Part shown: positions 52,759-64,000 of the stretch, one piece after another
Position numbering within the stretch: position 1 is the first letter of the stretch
Layout of the letters: the number at the start of each line of letters is the position of its first letter
Assembly (NCBI RefSeq): GCF_006345805.1
Contig: NW_021835470.1
Span: 1 to 64,000 of the forward strand
Reading direction: 5' to 3'
DNA length: 64,000 bases
From: Octopus sinensis
Taxonomy: Eukaryota
The notes under the pieces: generated by a model
What the model was told of the DNA's origin: nothing
The model's input: the letters and a program-made list of their open reading frames with translations, nothing else
Databases searched by the model: none
Program-made: the position numbers and the translations under genes

Positions 52759-53168
52759 ATCCAAACAAGAAAACACAAAAAAACAAAAAAACACAACAAC
52801 GCGAGGACGTGGAACAAATAAAGTATTATTGGACGCTCAGGAAAGAAGAGAAGAAGGAGGGTTTAACGTTTTGAGCGGAGCTCTTCGTCGGAAACATAGG
52901 AGAAGGAGAGATCCCGAGAAGGGAAGACAGAGGAAACAAAATCGCCAGCGGTACTCACGAGGTCACGGGGAGTGTGTTTGAGTGTGTTTCAGTTTGCCCC
53001 TCACAGGCACTCGATAATTGGTGGTGGTTTTTTTACGTACTCCATATAAAGTGACCGATACAGTAACTACTACGTTTAAAAACAAGCACTGCGCACTATT
53101 TCTTCGTCTAAAGACTTATTGTGTATCCCCAACATGGCCAAGGATAATGACTGAAACGAGTAAGGAAT
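52556..53168 (+). mobile_element. Old SINE family A copy hosting a nested insertion
   Basis: Head at 52556-52700, (TA)n, insertion 52755-52966, tail resumes to ATGACTGAAACGAGTAAG. Confidence 0.7.
52755..52966 (-). mobile_element. Family H HHR-like repeat, copy 3, inserted at (TA)n
   Basis: Minus strand GTTT-CCGACGA-A-GAGC TCC GCTC-AAAA-CG-TT-AAAC, stem I GTTT/AAAC. Confidence 0.68.
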
Positions 53169-53814
53169 AAGATGTGTACATGTGGCGTGGCCGTGTGATA
53201 CGGAGTCTGCTTCTCAAACACATGGTTCCAGGTTCAGTCCCACTGCGTGACATCTTGGGTCCCAATGCATGACAGTTTCTACTGTAGCGTCGGGCCGACC
53301 AATTCCTTGCAAATAGATTTGGTAGACGGAAACTGAGGGAAACCTGCCAATCGGTTGGGTACTTCTCCAGTTTTATGGATGTACATATACAGACAGATAC
53401 ACGCAAGCACACACACACATACATACACGCACACACACATATATATAGAAATAGAGATATAGTTATGCGGTTAAATAAATTAGATACATCAAATATATTA
53501 AATATATTACGTACATTAAATATACACTTCGTGTTTTTCATACACAATCTAATATATTTGTGTCAACAACAAAGATGAGGACAAATATCCGTCAAATCTA
53601 AATAATGTAAATAATGTAATATATTTGATATATTTGATGTATCTCTGCTTATCTGCACAGTTGCCTCTATACCCACACAACTTCGTCCCTCTTATAGCTT
53701 TTCTTTGTTTTGTGGAAGGATCCCTTCCAAAGGCATCGGAGTTCAGGTTTCCATGTTTATGTTTTTATGTTTTCGTTTCTCATTGTGTTCAACGTTTTTT
53801 TATATCCTGTACCC

Positions 53815-53861
53815 GTATATACATGTATATGCATGTATGTAGGTATGTACATATATGTAAG

Positions 53862-53928
<67 letters not shown>

Positions 53929-54152
53929 TATACATATACATATATATATACATATATATACATATATACATATATATATATACATATATATAACATATAT
54001 ATATATATATAGATATATATACATATACATATATATACATATACATATATATATACATACATATATATACATATATATATACATATATATATACATATAT
54101 TTATATATAGATATATATACATATAGACATATATATACATATACATATATAT

Positions 54153-54206
<54 letters not shown>

Positions 54207-54232
54207 ATACATACATATATATATATATATAT

Positions 54233-54267
<35 letters not shown>

Positions 54268-54300
54268 GTATTTATGCATGTATGTATGAATGGATGTATA
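53815..54300. repeat. Long compound (TA)n/(TACA)n/(TG)n microsatellite
   Basis: Direct. Confidence 0.95.
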
Positions 54301-54302
54301 TA

Positions 54303-54852
54303 CAAGGTTATTCGAAAAGAATGAACCGATTTTATTACGCAATATTCTAATAAGGATAAGCAACAGAAAACTCCAGCAAAGTCAGAAGTATTTACTGACA
54401 ATCAACTCTTATTTCCTGTCTTACGAGTGTTCAATGTGGCCACCACCTGCAGTACGGGCAGCATCAATGCGATAAGAGTATTCATCCAAGACGCGTATCA
54501 GCATATCATGATCCACTAAGATGATCGCTATTGTTATTCTATATTTAAGGTCATCGAGGTTCGCGGGTAACAATGGAATATAAACGCGACCTTTTACATG
54601 TACCCACAAGAAAAAGATCAAACACGGTGAAGTCTAGGATCCTGCAGGCCAAGCAGATACGTGTCCGGGAGGAATTCTCGTATCACATCGATGTTGACCT
54701 TGCTGCAGGTAGTGGTCACATTGAATACTTGTAAGACAAGCAATAAAAGTTGATTGTGAGTAAATACCTTTGACTTAACTGGAGTTTTCTATTGTTTTTC
54801 CATATTAAAATATTGCGAAAGGAAATCGGTTCATTGTTTTTGCAAAACCCAG
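54303..54852. mobile_element. 550-bp Tc1/mariner-derived MITE-like element with ~150-bp inverted arms
   Basis: TA flanks; 54303-54452 is the reverse complement of 54703-54852; minus-strand FFLW.HVK..VY...GGHIEH transposase C-terminus. Confidence 0.82.
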
Positions 54853-54864
54853 TATTTGAAATTT

Positions 54865-55005
54865 ATAGAAAAACAAAGACAGGTATTGGAAGAACAAGCA
54901 ACTGTATTAGTTTGACGCTCGGGAAAAATGGTATTTTTACGATTCGAGCGTAGGGTCTCCTACAGAAAGGAAGAAGATGAAATAAATAGAGAGAATGAAA
55001 AAAAC
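54865..55005 (-). mobile_element. Family H HHR-like repeat, copy 4 (degenerate)
   Basis: TGTATTAGTTTGACGCTCGGG..TTTTACGATTCGAGCGTAGGGTCTCCTACAGAAAG. Confidence 0.58.
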
Positions 55006-55072
55006 ACACACATACAAAATATAAATACATACATACACACATACATACATACATATATATTTAAGAGCACAC

Positions 55073-55460
55073 ATGGCTGTGTGGTACAGGCGCAGGCAAG
55101 GTTGTGTGGTGAGAAGTTGGATTCTCAACCACATGGTTTTGGGTTTCGTTCAACACCACTGCGTAGTACTTTGTGCTAGTCACTTCTAACATAGCCTAGG
55201 GCCGACCAAATCCTTGTCAGTAGATTTGGTGAAAGGAAACAGAAAGAAGCCCATTGTATATATTTATGTATACGTTTAAGTGTACTCCCTACCACCAAGA
55301 ACGGCGTTGGTGTGTTCGCGTCCCCGAAATTATAGTGGTTCAACAAAAGAGATCGATAGAGTAGATACAAGGCTTAAAAGAATATAAATTCCAGGATATA
55401 TTATCTGTTCGATTATCTTTCAAATCGGTGACACACAATGGTCGCAGGCAAGTGTCGAAA
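55073..55460 (+). mobile_element. SINE family A, diverged, with duplicated head start
   Basis: TGGCTGTGTGGTA then GGCGCAGG..TGTGTGGTGAGAAG; GGATTTGGT-like body. Confidence 0.65.
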
Positions 55461-55830
55461 TACGGCAGTCGAAAAACAGCCAATAATCGATGAAGGGTCG
55501 TTTTTGTGCTGTTTGTCTTATTTTCTACTTGTGTCTTTCATTGTTCGAAAAAATAGTTCATATTCCATGTACTCGTACCTCGTACATTTTTGTTGCACAC
55601 GTTTCGTGAAGTCCTGTGCCCACATATGCCTATGTGTGTGTGTGTTGTGTGTGTATGTGTGTGTGTATATGTATGTATAGATGTAAGTATATACATATAT
55701 ACATACACACACATATATATATATATATATATTATGTATAATATTATATGATTGAACGCAACGCGTTCTCTTCCAAGTAAGTTTTATCTCTCTAACTATC
55801 TATCTATCTGTCTATCTACCTGTATGTATG

Positions 55831-55927
<97 letters not shown>

Positions 55928-56359
55928 GGAGAGAAAGAGAGAGAGACGGACAGATAGATATTGTTAGTATAATAACACGAGTGATGATGAAGAATAGAAG
56001 GATTATTCCTAAATTATTTTTACTGATAGTTAATTCACGAATTTTATGAATATAAAAGACTTTCGAATGGAATTCATCTGGTTTAAAGAACGTGAGGTAC
56101 GAAATATATATCATAACTGATTCAGCCATCACTGCCAAGGTAGCAATGAAAATTATTTTAAAAATGCAATAATTTGGTCGATAACAGAGAGAAATAAAGA
56201 ACATTAAAATAGCATGATGACAGCAATAGAAAATGTGTTGATGGAAATATGTAATTATAACCGCAATGATCATAAAGCCATTATAATAACACCCCACAAA
56301 CTACTACTACCACTACTACAACTACTATTCCTTCTCCTCCTACTACTGCTACTATCATA

Positions 56360-56565
56360 ATAATGTTTCTTACTCAGGCACATTACCAACAATTTTGAGG
56401 TTTGGAATGCATCGACTCCAGTACTCACCTGGTACTTATCTTACCGACCGCAAAAGGTTGAAAGTTGAAGTTGCAGTCGGTGGAATGTGAACTCGGAAGT
56501 TAAGACGAATGAAATGTCGCTAAGTATTTTTTCCGGCGTGCTGACGATTCTGCCAGCGCATCACC

Positions 56566-56567
<2 letters not shown>
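56360..56567 (-). mobile_element. Old family C SINE
   Basis: TCGACTCCAGT..CTGGTACTTA..CTAAGTATTT..CGATTCTGCCAGC. Confidence 0.62.
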
Positions 56568-56620
<53 letters not shown>

Positions 56621-56820
56621 CACCACCACCACCAGCAATAATAGTAATAATATAAGGAACTGTCTTATGCAGGGTAGAGAATAAAAAGAACAGTTGCAGC
56701 TTCAAAGATGAATGGTGCCTGCAAATATCTTTATGGAAATAATAAAAATAACGTATGTATATGTTTGAGTGTCTGTGTGTGTATGTGTACACACTCACAC
56801 ACACACACACACACACACAC

Positions 56821-56882
<62 letters not shown>

Positions 56883-57447
56883 CGTAAGCATGTATTTGTA
56901 TGCACACGTTGTAAATCATCACACCTAATTATATTGAAATTATCTCTATTTTGGCATGCAAGTCTCTAAAAATTTACCACGGAATTTCATTGTTACTTTT
57001 TTGTTAACATTATTCTGCAAAATATAAATCCCGTTTCAATGAATTGTGTTTATCTTGCTTATGCAATTCAGTATATAATACCTAAGATCATTTATACAAA
57101 TACATGCAATAGAAACTCATTAATTGTTACTTTTTTCTGATTATATTTAATAATTTCCTAACATTTCCAGTGCCTAGATAATAATGCTTAACGTTAGTGT
57201 TCAGGTAAAATACACTAGTTGCACAAGCTGCGTTCATGTAGGTAAACAATGAATTATTTTAGATAATGTACAAGTCTTATAACTTCTACCATCATCATCA
57301 TCACCACCACCATCATCATAATCATCGTCATCTTCATAATCATCATTATCGTCCCCATGACCGTCATTTTAGTATAAGATTTAAATTTAAAGAAAAGTGT
57401 GGTTAATGAGTAAAGGACAGATTTAGAGAAAGTATGTTAACGACATA

Positions 57448-57997
57448 TCTATTATATAAAATTCGTTCTGTCTGTCTGTGTGTGTGTCTTCTAGGGTCTC
57501 GGGCATCCTCCATCCGATTGCACTCAAATTTGATATGTAGATACCGACGGTATCAGGGGGTGTATACGACTTGAAAACAATTACAAAAATCGATTCCAGG
57601 TGAGAATGCGATCGATAAAGCCGTGGGAACGTCCATTTGTACGCGCAAGTACATCAGCTATTGCGATCGATACTATGCGTCCGCGAGAAAAATGCACATG
57701 CAGGTTGTGCAAAAAAAGCCGGCTGGCTTGAATTAATGCCACAAATGCAGTATATTTAAGAGACCAAAAAAGTAAGATGCAAAAGAGATATTTTCTTCAA
57801 ACTTAGCATGAAGGAAGGAAAGACTATTTGGTTTCTCAAGAAGTTTTTTTGTGCCTTAACTTCGTTTAACAAAACCAAAAATTTTATTGAAATAAAGGCA
57901 TGCTTTATTATTTTTTTAGTGAAAAGAAAACAGTGATTGCGTTTTATTCAGCAGATATGATCCAGCACCGTCAATTGGACGAGGGGCGTTTTGCTCG
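57448..57997 (+). mobile_element. Probable non-autonomous Helitron
   Basis: A|TCTATTATATAAAA start with (CTGT)n, subterminal hairpin CGTC-AATTG-GACG and CTCG|T end (CTAG variant); no TSD. Confidence 0.6.
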
Positions 57998-58669
57998 TAT
58001 ATATATATGTTTATGTATGTGCGTGCATACGTCAAATGAAAATATTGATGTACATTAATAAATAAATGAACAATCATTTCAAAATCTAGTTATGCTATTT
58101 CAATTATTATCGCAGACAACAACATGCACTGAAATTATTCGTAATCAATTCTGTCAGAACGAATTAATATAGCATGGTTTATTGGATAGTAAACAGACGG
58201 CGTAACTACAAAGTTTTTTTATAGGTAAACGCCTAACTCTGAAGCCAAGAGATTCACCTTATTTAAAGATAATGAAGTGTAAGTTTAGATAGTTATACTA
58301 GAAAGTAAATCTTGTTACACTTTATCAAGCTAATATTGAGCAAATAAGACTTCTTTTATGATATTACGAAATTAAGATGCTAAAACAAGTTATAATCTGC
58401 ATGTAAACTTTCAAGGAATTTTTGACAAAAACTGTTGACCCTCGTATGAAGAGCAGTAAAAGTAATTTATACTGAAAAAAAATTAATCAAATTTTCTTGT
58501 TAGAAAATATATATATTTATAAATAAACCCGAAGGCTGTAAATTATGGAGAAGAGCAACACACGTTCCTTTTTAATAATAACTATAATTATATATTATTT
58601 ATGTAATAATGTAAGCTGCATTGCTATATATATGTACACTCATACACACACATATATTCTTTTTCCTAT

Positions 58670-59090
58670 TATCTTTCACTTGTTTCAGCCATTTAACTGC
58701 GTGTATGGTAGGGCACCACCTTGAAATTCTAATCGAATGCATCGACCTCAGAACTTATTTTTTAAAACCTGGTACTTACTTTATCGGTCGCTTATGTCGA
58801 AACAATAATGTTAGAGCGACGTAAATACGCCAGCAGCGATTGTCAGTCGGTCGTGGGCGACAGACACACACACGCATACACACACATATACATACATATA
58901 TATGTATATACACACACATATATATACACACATACATATAAACTTCTTTCAGTTTCCGTCTACCAAATCCAATCACAAGGCTTTGGCCGACCCGCGGCTA
59001 TAGTAGAATACACTTGCCTAAGTCTCCACGTAATGTGACTGAACCCGGGACCATGTGATTGGGAAGCAACGTCTTCCCACGCAATCACAG
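58670..59090 (-). mobile_element. SINE family A, diverged
   Basis: CTTCTTTCAGTTTCCGTCTACCAAATCC..GAACCCGGGACCATGTG. Confidence 0.78.
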
Positions 59091-59694
59091 GATTGAAGAT
59101 GACAACGGCAGTGAATCGATAATGTTTTTTGGGGAAGGGTTCGAATATGAATAAAAAACGACTTTTAATATTCTTAATTAACCTGTTCCGAATAAAAGGA
59201 AATACAAGTTTAATAATGTTACATAATAAAGTGTCAAAAGACTCACACATACAAGGTGATTTTAGTTAATGGGGTTAATATTTTTGAATATTTTTGAGAT
59301 CCTGTTGATGCATGAAAAAAAGCGTATAGTATGTTCATTCAGAAGAGGAAATCTTGAAACACGTGCGCGCGCACACACAGAAACACAAACATGATTTTAA
59401 GATGCCAAACCTCAACATTTTTATAACTGCTTAGAAAATAGATTTCACCTATACGTATTAATGAAATTTGATTTAAAGTATTGCTATTCGTTTAGAAGAT
59501 ATTAAGATTCATCCAGAAGTTATAAGCTACAATAAAGTGATATTTAAAGGATATAAGTGTGGTACAATAATCACTCACCATATCGCGGTTCACCTATCAG
59601 GGTTCACCTATCACGGTTTATTATTTAAACTTACGTCGATTCCTCTGTGGTTTTGTTTTGCATTTATAATAAAAGAAATATATACAAATTATAA

Positions 59695-59696
<2 letters not shown>

Positions 59697-59736
<40 letters not shown>

Positions 59737-59870
59737 ATGTATATGTATGTATATGTATATATATGTATATGTATATATGTATATATATGTATATGTATAT
59801 ATATGTATATGTATATGTATGTATGTGTATGTATATGTATATGTATGTATATGTATGTAATGTATATGTG

Positions 59871-59921
<51 letters not shown>

Positions 59922-60000
59922 ATATATATGTGTGTGTATATATGTCTATATATATGTGTGTATATATGTCTATATGTATATGTATATGTATATATATATA
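59697..60000. repeat. (TA)n/(TATG)n microsatellite
   Basis: Direct. Confidence 0.95.
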
Positions 60001-60189
60001 TTCAGTACAGTACCGTTTTTACTTCGCGGATTTTCTCCTGTCACGGGTAGTCTTGGAACGTAGCACACGCTATAGTCGATGGATTACTGCACATTTATTT
60101 TCAGATTGTGCTCAGTTTTACTAAATCTAGATATTTCCTCCTCACTCTGTTTCACTTTCAAGCTCTATGCCATATTTGTTTTATATATT

Positions 60190-60581
60190 GGCTGTGTGGT
60201 AAGTCGCTTGATAACCAACCACATGGTTCTGGGTTCAGTCCCACTGCGTGGAATCTTGGGCAAGTGTTTTCTAATATAACCCCGGGCCGACCAATGCCTT
60301 GTGAGTGGATTTGGTTGACGGAAAGAAGCCTGTCGTATATATGTATATATATATAAGTGTGTGTGTATATGTTTGTGTGTCTGTGTTTGTCACCCCAGCA
60401 TTGCTTGACAACCGATACTGGTGTGTTTACGTCCCCGTCACTTAGCGGTTCGGCAAAACAGACCGATAGAATAAGTACTGGGCTTACAAAGAATAAGTCC
60501 CGGGGTCGATTTGCTCGACTAAAGGCGGTGCTCCAGCATGGCCGCAGTCAAATGACTGAAACAGGTAAAAGAGTAAAGAGT
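60190..60581 (+). mobile_element. SINE family A
   Basis: Near-identical to 36425-36835. Confidence 0.9.
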
Positions 60582-61293
60582 AATATATATATATATATAT
60601 ATATATGTTAAGTTGAACTCTCTTTCGAAGACATTGTAAAACTAAAGTTAGTAATAAAATTAATACTATTTTCATTACCTATGTTTGGTTTACACAGATA
60701 TCTCTTAAATATTGCACCAGTGAGTGATTGTGTGCCAGGTCACATAAGCTGCTAAAAACGGGATCATGATATTCTTGAAAGTCATAAAATTGCTTTGAAA
60801 AACATACTCGTAAATAAAATATATGTGGAAAAAGTTGAGATAGATATAAATGGAACCTCCTTGCGCACTCGTGTATAGAATCCTAGTTGAACTTTAGCTA
60901 ATCAACAAGCATAATATTCTCTTTGAACAAGTTCACTATTGTGATTCCTAATCACAGATCAAACCTAAATAACCTCGTTACTGAACAAACGATTACTACC
61001 ATCCAAAAGCTTTCCCTCTCAAAACAACATATTAGGAGATATATACATACACACACACACACTCATATATATATATACATATGCTCCTGTACGCATATAC
61101 GTTGTATGTATATGTGTGTGTGTGCGCGTGTGTGCACAAATATCTCTTTAAATTCAAATTTTAATCAGTACACGTGTTTCGCCCCCAGCAGGTTTTCAGT
61201 TGTATGATCGTTGAGGGCAAAAAAATTGTTATAAATTCCATCATGTGTTGGGTAGCATCTTCCACTTTCCTTTGGATTAGAAAACATGAAATA

Positions 61294-61365
<72 letters not shown>

Positions 61366-61373
61366 ATATATAT

Positions 61374-61406
<33 letters not shown>

Positions 61407-61576
61407 CTGAATGTGTGTTTGTGTGTATATATAGCCACCTCTTCTACTGCTACAGCCGTTGCTACTGCTACTACTATTAGCTACAGTTACTTAATAACAA
61501 AATTTACACCACTGTATAAGAATACTGCCGCTGTTAAAATTGTTACCACTACTACTACTACTAATAATAATAATAA

Positions 61577-61612
<36 letters not shown>

Positions 61613-61654
61613 CAGCAGCAGCAACAGCAGCAGCAATAATGATATTAATAATAA

Positions 61655-62208
61655 ATGCCCTGATGCAGTACCAGCCACTGGCTCGCATGGCTGTTGATCT
61701 TAACTGATTGGAAGTGTTTTCATGTACTTTGTTTTGTGTTGGTATAAAAGATGGGCTACAGCAAATATTCTGCTCAATACCACAGATTTGCTTGTCAGAT
61801 GCTTGACCTTAACCAATTGAGCATGTCCCTTAATGGCTGACGATATGTGCATCACTGATCATGAGCAGAAGTAGTGGGGGAGAATTATAGCCATGTGAGT
61901 AGAGGAATTCTTTAAGGTTTGAATAATTCACTTCTGGAAACATGGATATATTGTTCATCGTCCTTAAACAAACCTTATTCAGCAACATTTTGAGTTGGAC
62001 GGACTACTCAACCTGAAGAAAGTTCTAACTGGACCCCACCTGTAATATCATGCGCTGTTTATTTTGATATCAAATCACCCTGTCACGCACATATGGTTGT
62101 GATGCATTGCCTGGTGTGCGCTTATCAGACGGGTTGTCCTCATAGGTATATTGGGCTTCGTACATTTTACGCCTGTGTCACTTTGATGGCATGCACTGCT
62201 CTCTCATT
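61655..62208 (+). mobile_element. Unclassified ~550-bp element ending in (TAA)n, probably a retroposon 3' end
   Basis: Complex, GC-richer segment bounded by AAT-type repeats on both sides; no second copy in the window. Confidence 0.4.
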
Positions 62209-62209
62209 C

Positions 62210-62253
<44 letters not shown>

Positions 62254-62466
62254 GTATAATAATTGTAATAATAGTAGTAATAATAGTAATAATAATAATA
62301 ATTGTAATAATAGTAGTAATAATAATAATTATAATAATTGTAATAATTGTAATAATAGTAGTAATAATAGTAATAATAATTATAATAATAATTATAATAA
62401 TTGTAATAATAGTAGTAATAATAGTAATAATAAATAATAATAATAATTGTAATAATTGTAGTAATA

Positions 62467-62497
<31 letters not shown>

Positions 62498-62616
62498 TTA
62501 TAATAATTGTAATAATAGTTAAAATAATAATTATTATTATTATAATTGTAATAATAGTAGTAATAGTAATAATATTAATGATAATAATAATAATAATTGT
62601 AATAATAGTAGTAATA

Positions 62617-62647
<31 letters not shown>

Positions 62648-62766
62648 TTATAATAATTGTAATAATAGTTAAAATAATAATTATTATTATTATAATTGTA
62701 ATAATAGTAGTAATAATAATAATGTTAATGATAATAATAATAATAATTGTAATAATAGTAGTAATA

Positions 62767-62812
<46 letters not shown>
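62209..62812. repeat. (TAA)n-derived array with a ~150-bp higher-order repeat
   Basis: GTTAAAATAATAATTATTATTATTATAATTGTA recurs at 62518 and 62668. Confidence 0.9.
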
Positions 62813-62814
<2 letters not shown>

Positions 62815-63519
62815 TGACCCAGCAAGCATAAGAATCTTGACACTAGCATCATGTGAATATTGTAAATAGCAAACAAAACATGTGATGTTCCCGAACTACT
62901 ATCACGAAGGACTAATATCATTTTGTTTATCAAAATATATTCCCCAACCTCTTACAGCATGTTTAAATCGTCTTACAATGATTAAAACTGGTGGAATATC
63001 TTGAGTGAAAAGTAAATGTTTTGTTTCTTTTTCTCCATATATATTTATTAATATACAAACACAGTCACACACACACACAGTAACAAACACACACACACAC
63101 GCACACATAGGCGCACAAGCAAATAGAGTAGATTTGTGCGACAGAGAATTCACGTGTGTGCGTACACATAAAATATAATCATTCGTTCTTGAGCCTTGTA
63201 TTATCTTTCACTTTTTCATTTTGCATTGATTATATTTGCACAGTGACTATGCATACGAAACTCACACCTGCACATGCACATGGCCACATACAGATATGAA
63301 CATAAACCTATACATACATACTTACATACATACATACATATATGTAATGACATTGATTAAGGAGAAATTTTCAGAAGCAGACTGAAGAGATGATTATGCG
63401 TTAACACAGAGCAGTAAATTTAATCTGGGGTAAACAATACATACTTCAATATTGTTCAGATGACGAATATGTATTTGTCCGATTAAGATCTATCATAAAG
63501 AACTCAATCTATGACTAGG

Positions 63520-63672
63520 CTAATACATATGAATATATGTGTGTGTGTGTGTGTTTGTATTTGTGTATATAAATGCATATGTGTATATAAATATATACAT
63601 GCACATATCTATTCCTGAATGTGTGTATATATATACATATATATAAATGCATGTATCTATTTATGTATATAT

Positions 63673-63717
<45 letters not shown>

Positions 63718-63741
63718 TAAATACAAGCATATATAGTGTAA

Positions 63742-63785
<44 letters not shown>

Positions 63786-63937
63786 TACTTTATATAGATA
63801 AATACAAGCATATATATGCATATATATATATATTATATATATATACACATATATATAAATACAAGCATATATATGTATATAACTATATATAATATTGCAT
63901 ATATATTATATATATATACATATATTTAAATACAAGC

Positions 63938-63981
<44 letters not shown>

Positions 63982-64000
63982 TATATATATACATATATTT
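63520..64000. repeat. (TA)n-rich tract with recurring AAATACAAGCATATAT motif
   Basis: Motif at about 63719, 63801, 63857 and 63928. Confidence 0.85.

Noticed and set aside
62208-62933. Poly-Ile/Tyr/Asn ORFs here and at 29495, and IYIY-type ORFs throughout
   Set aside because: Pure microsatellite translations
63700-63950. Spaced 16-bp repeats that superficially resemble a CRISPR array
   Set aside because: Spacers are (TA)n-rich and irregular, context is eukaryotic, no cas genes; slippage-derived minisatellite

Overview
Eukaryotic, very AT-rich, microsatellite-saturated non-coding DNA. The repeat families look like those of an octopod cephalopod (inference from recognised SINE families, not verified). 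I cannot support any host protein-coding exon; nearly all ORFs in the track are translations of (TA)n, (CA)n, (TCTA)n or (TAA)n. Mobile elements present: three 5'-truncated Tx1/L1-type LINE 3' ends stacked in one (TCTA)n array, a ~4.8 kb Naiad-like Penelope-like element (RT + GIY-YIG), four Tc1/mariner relics (mariner, DD37D, DD36E, a two-right-end MITE), two non-autonomous Helitrons, >25 tRNA-derived SINE copies with swapped modules, and a 786-bp tandem duplication. Two things stand out. (1) At least four unrelated families of type I hammerhead-ribozyme (HHR) motifs sit in or next to (TA)n tracts. One is a non-coding 554-bp tandem/inverted retrozyme-like unit whose inversion junction falls on the predicted self-cleavage site; another is an HHR with an 85-nt stem II in the Penelope 3' region. 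(2) A pre-tRNA-Asp is fused to a Nin-type SINE inside a single 13-bp target-site duplication. All calls were made by eye; coordinates of degenerate elements are approximate.
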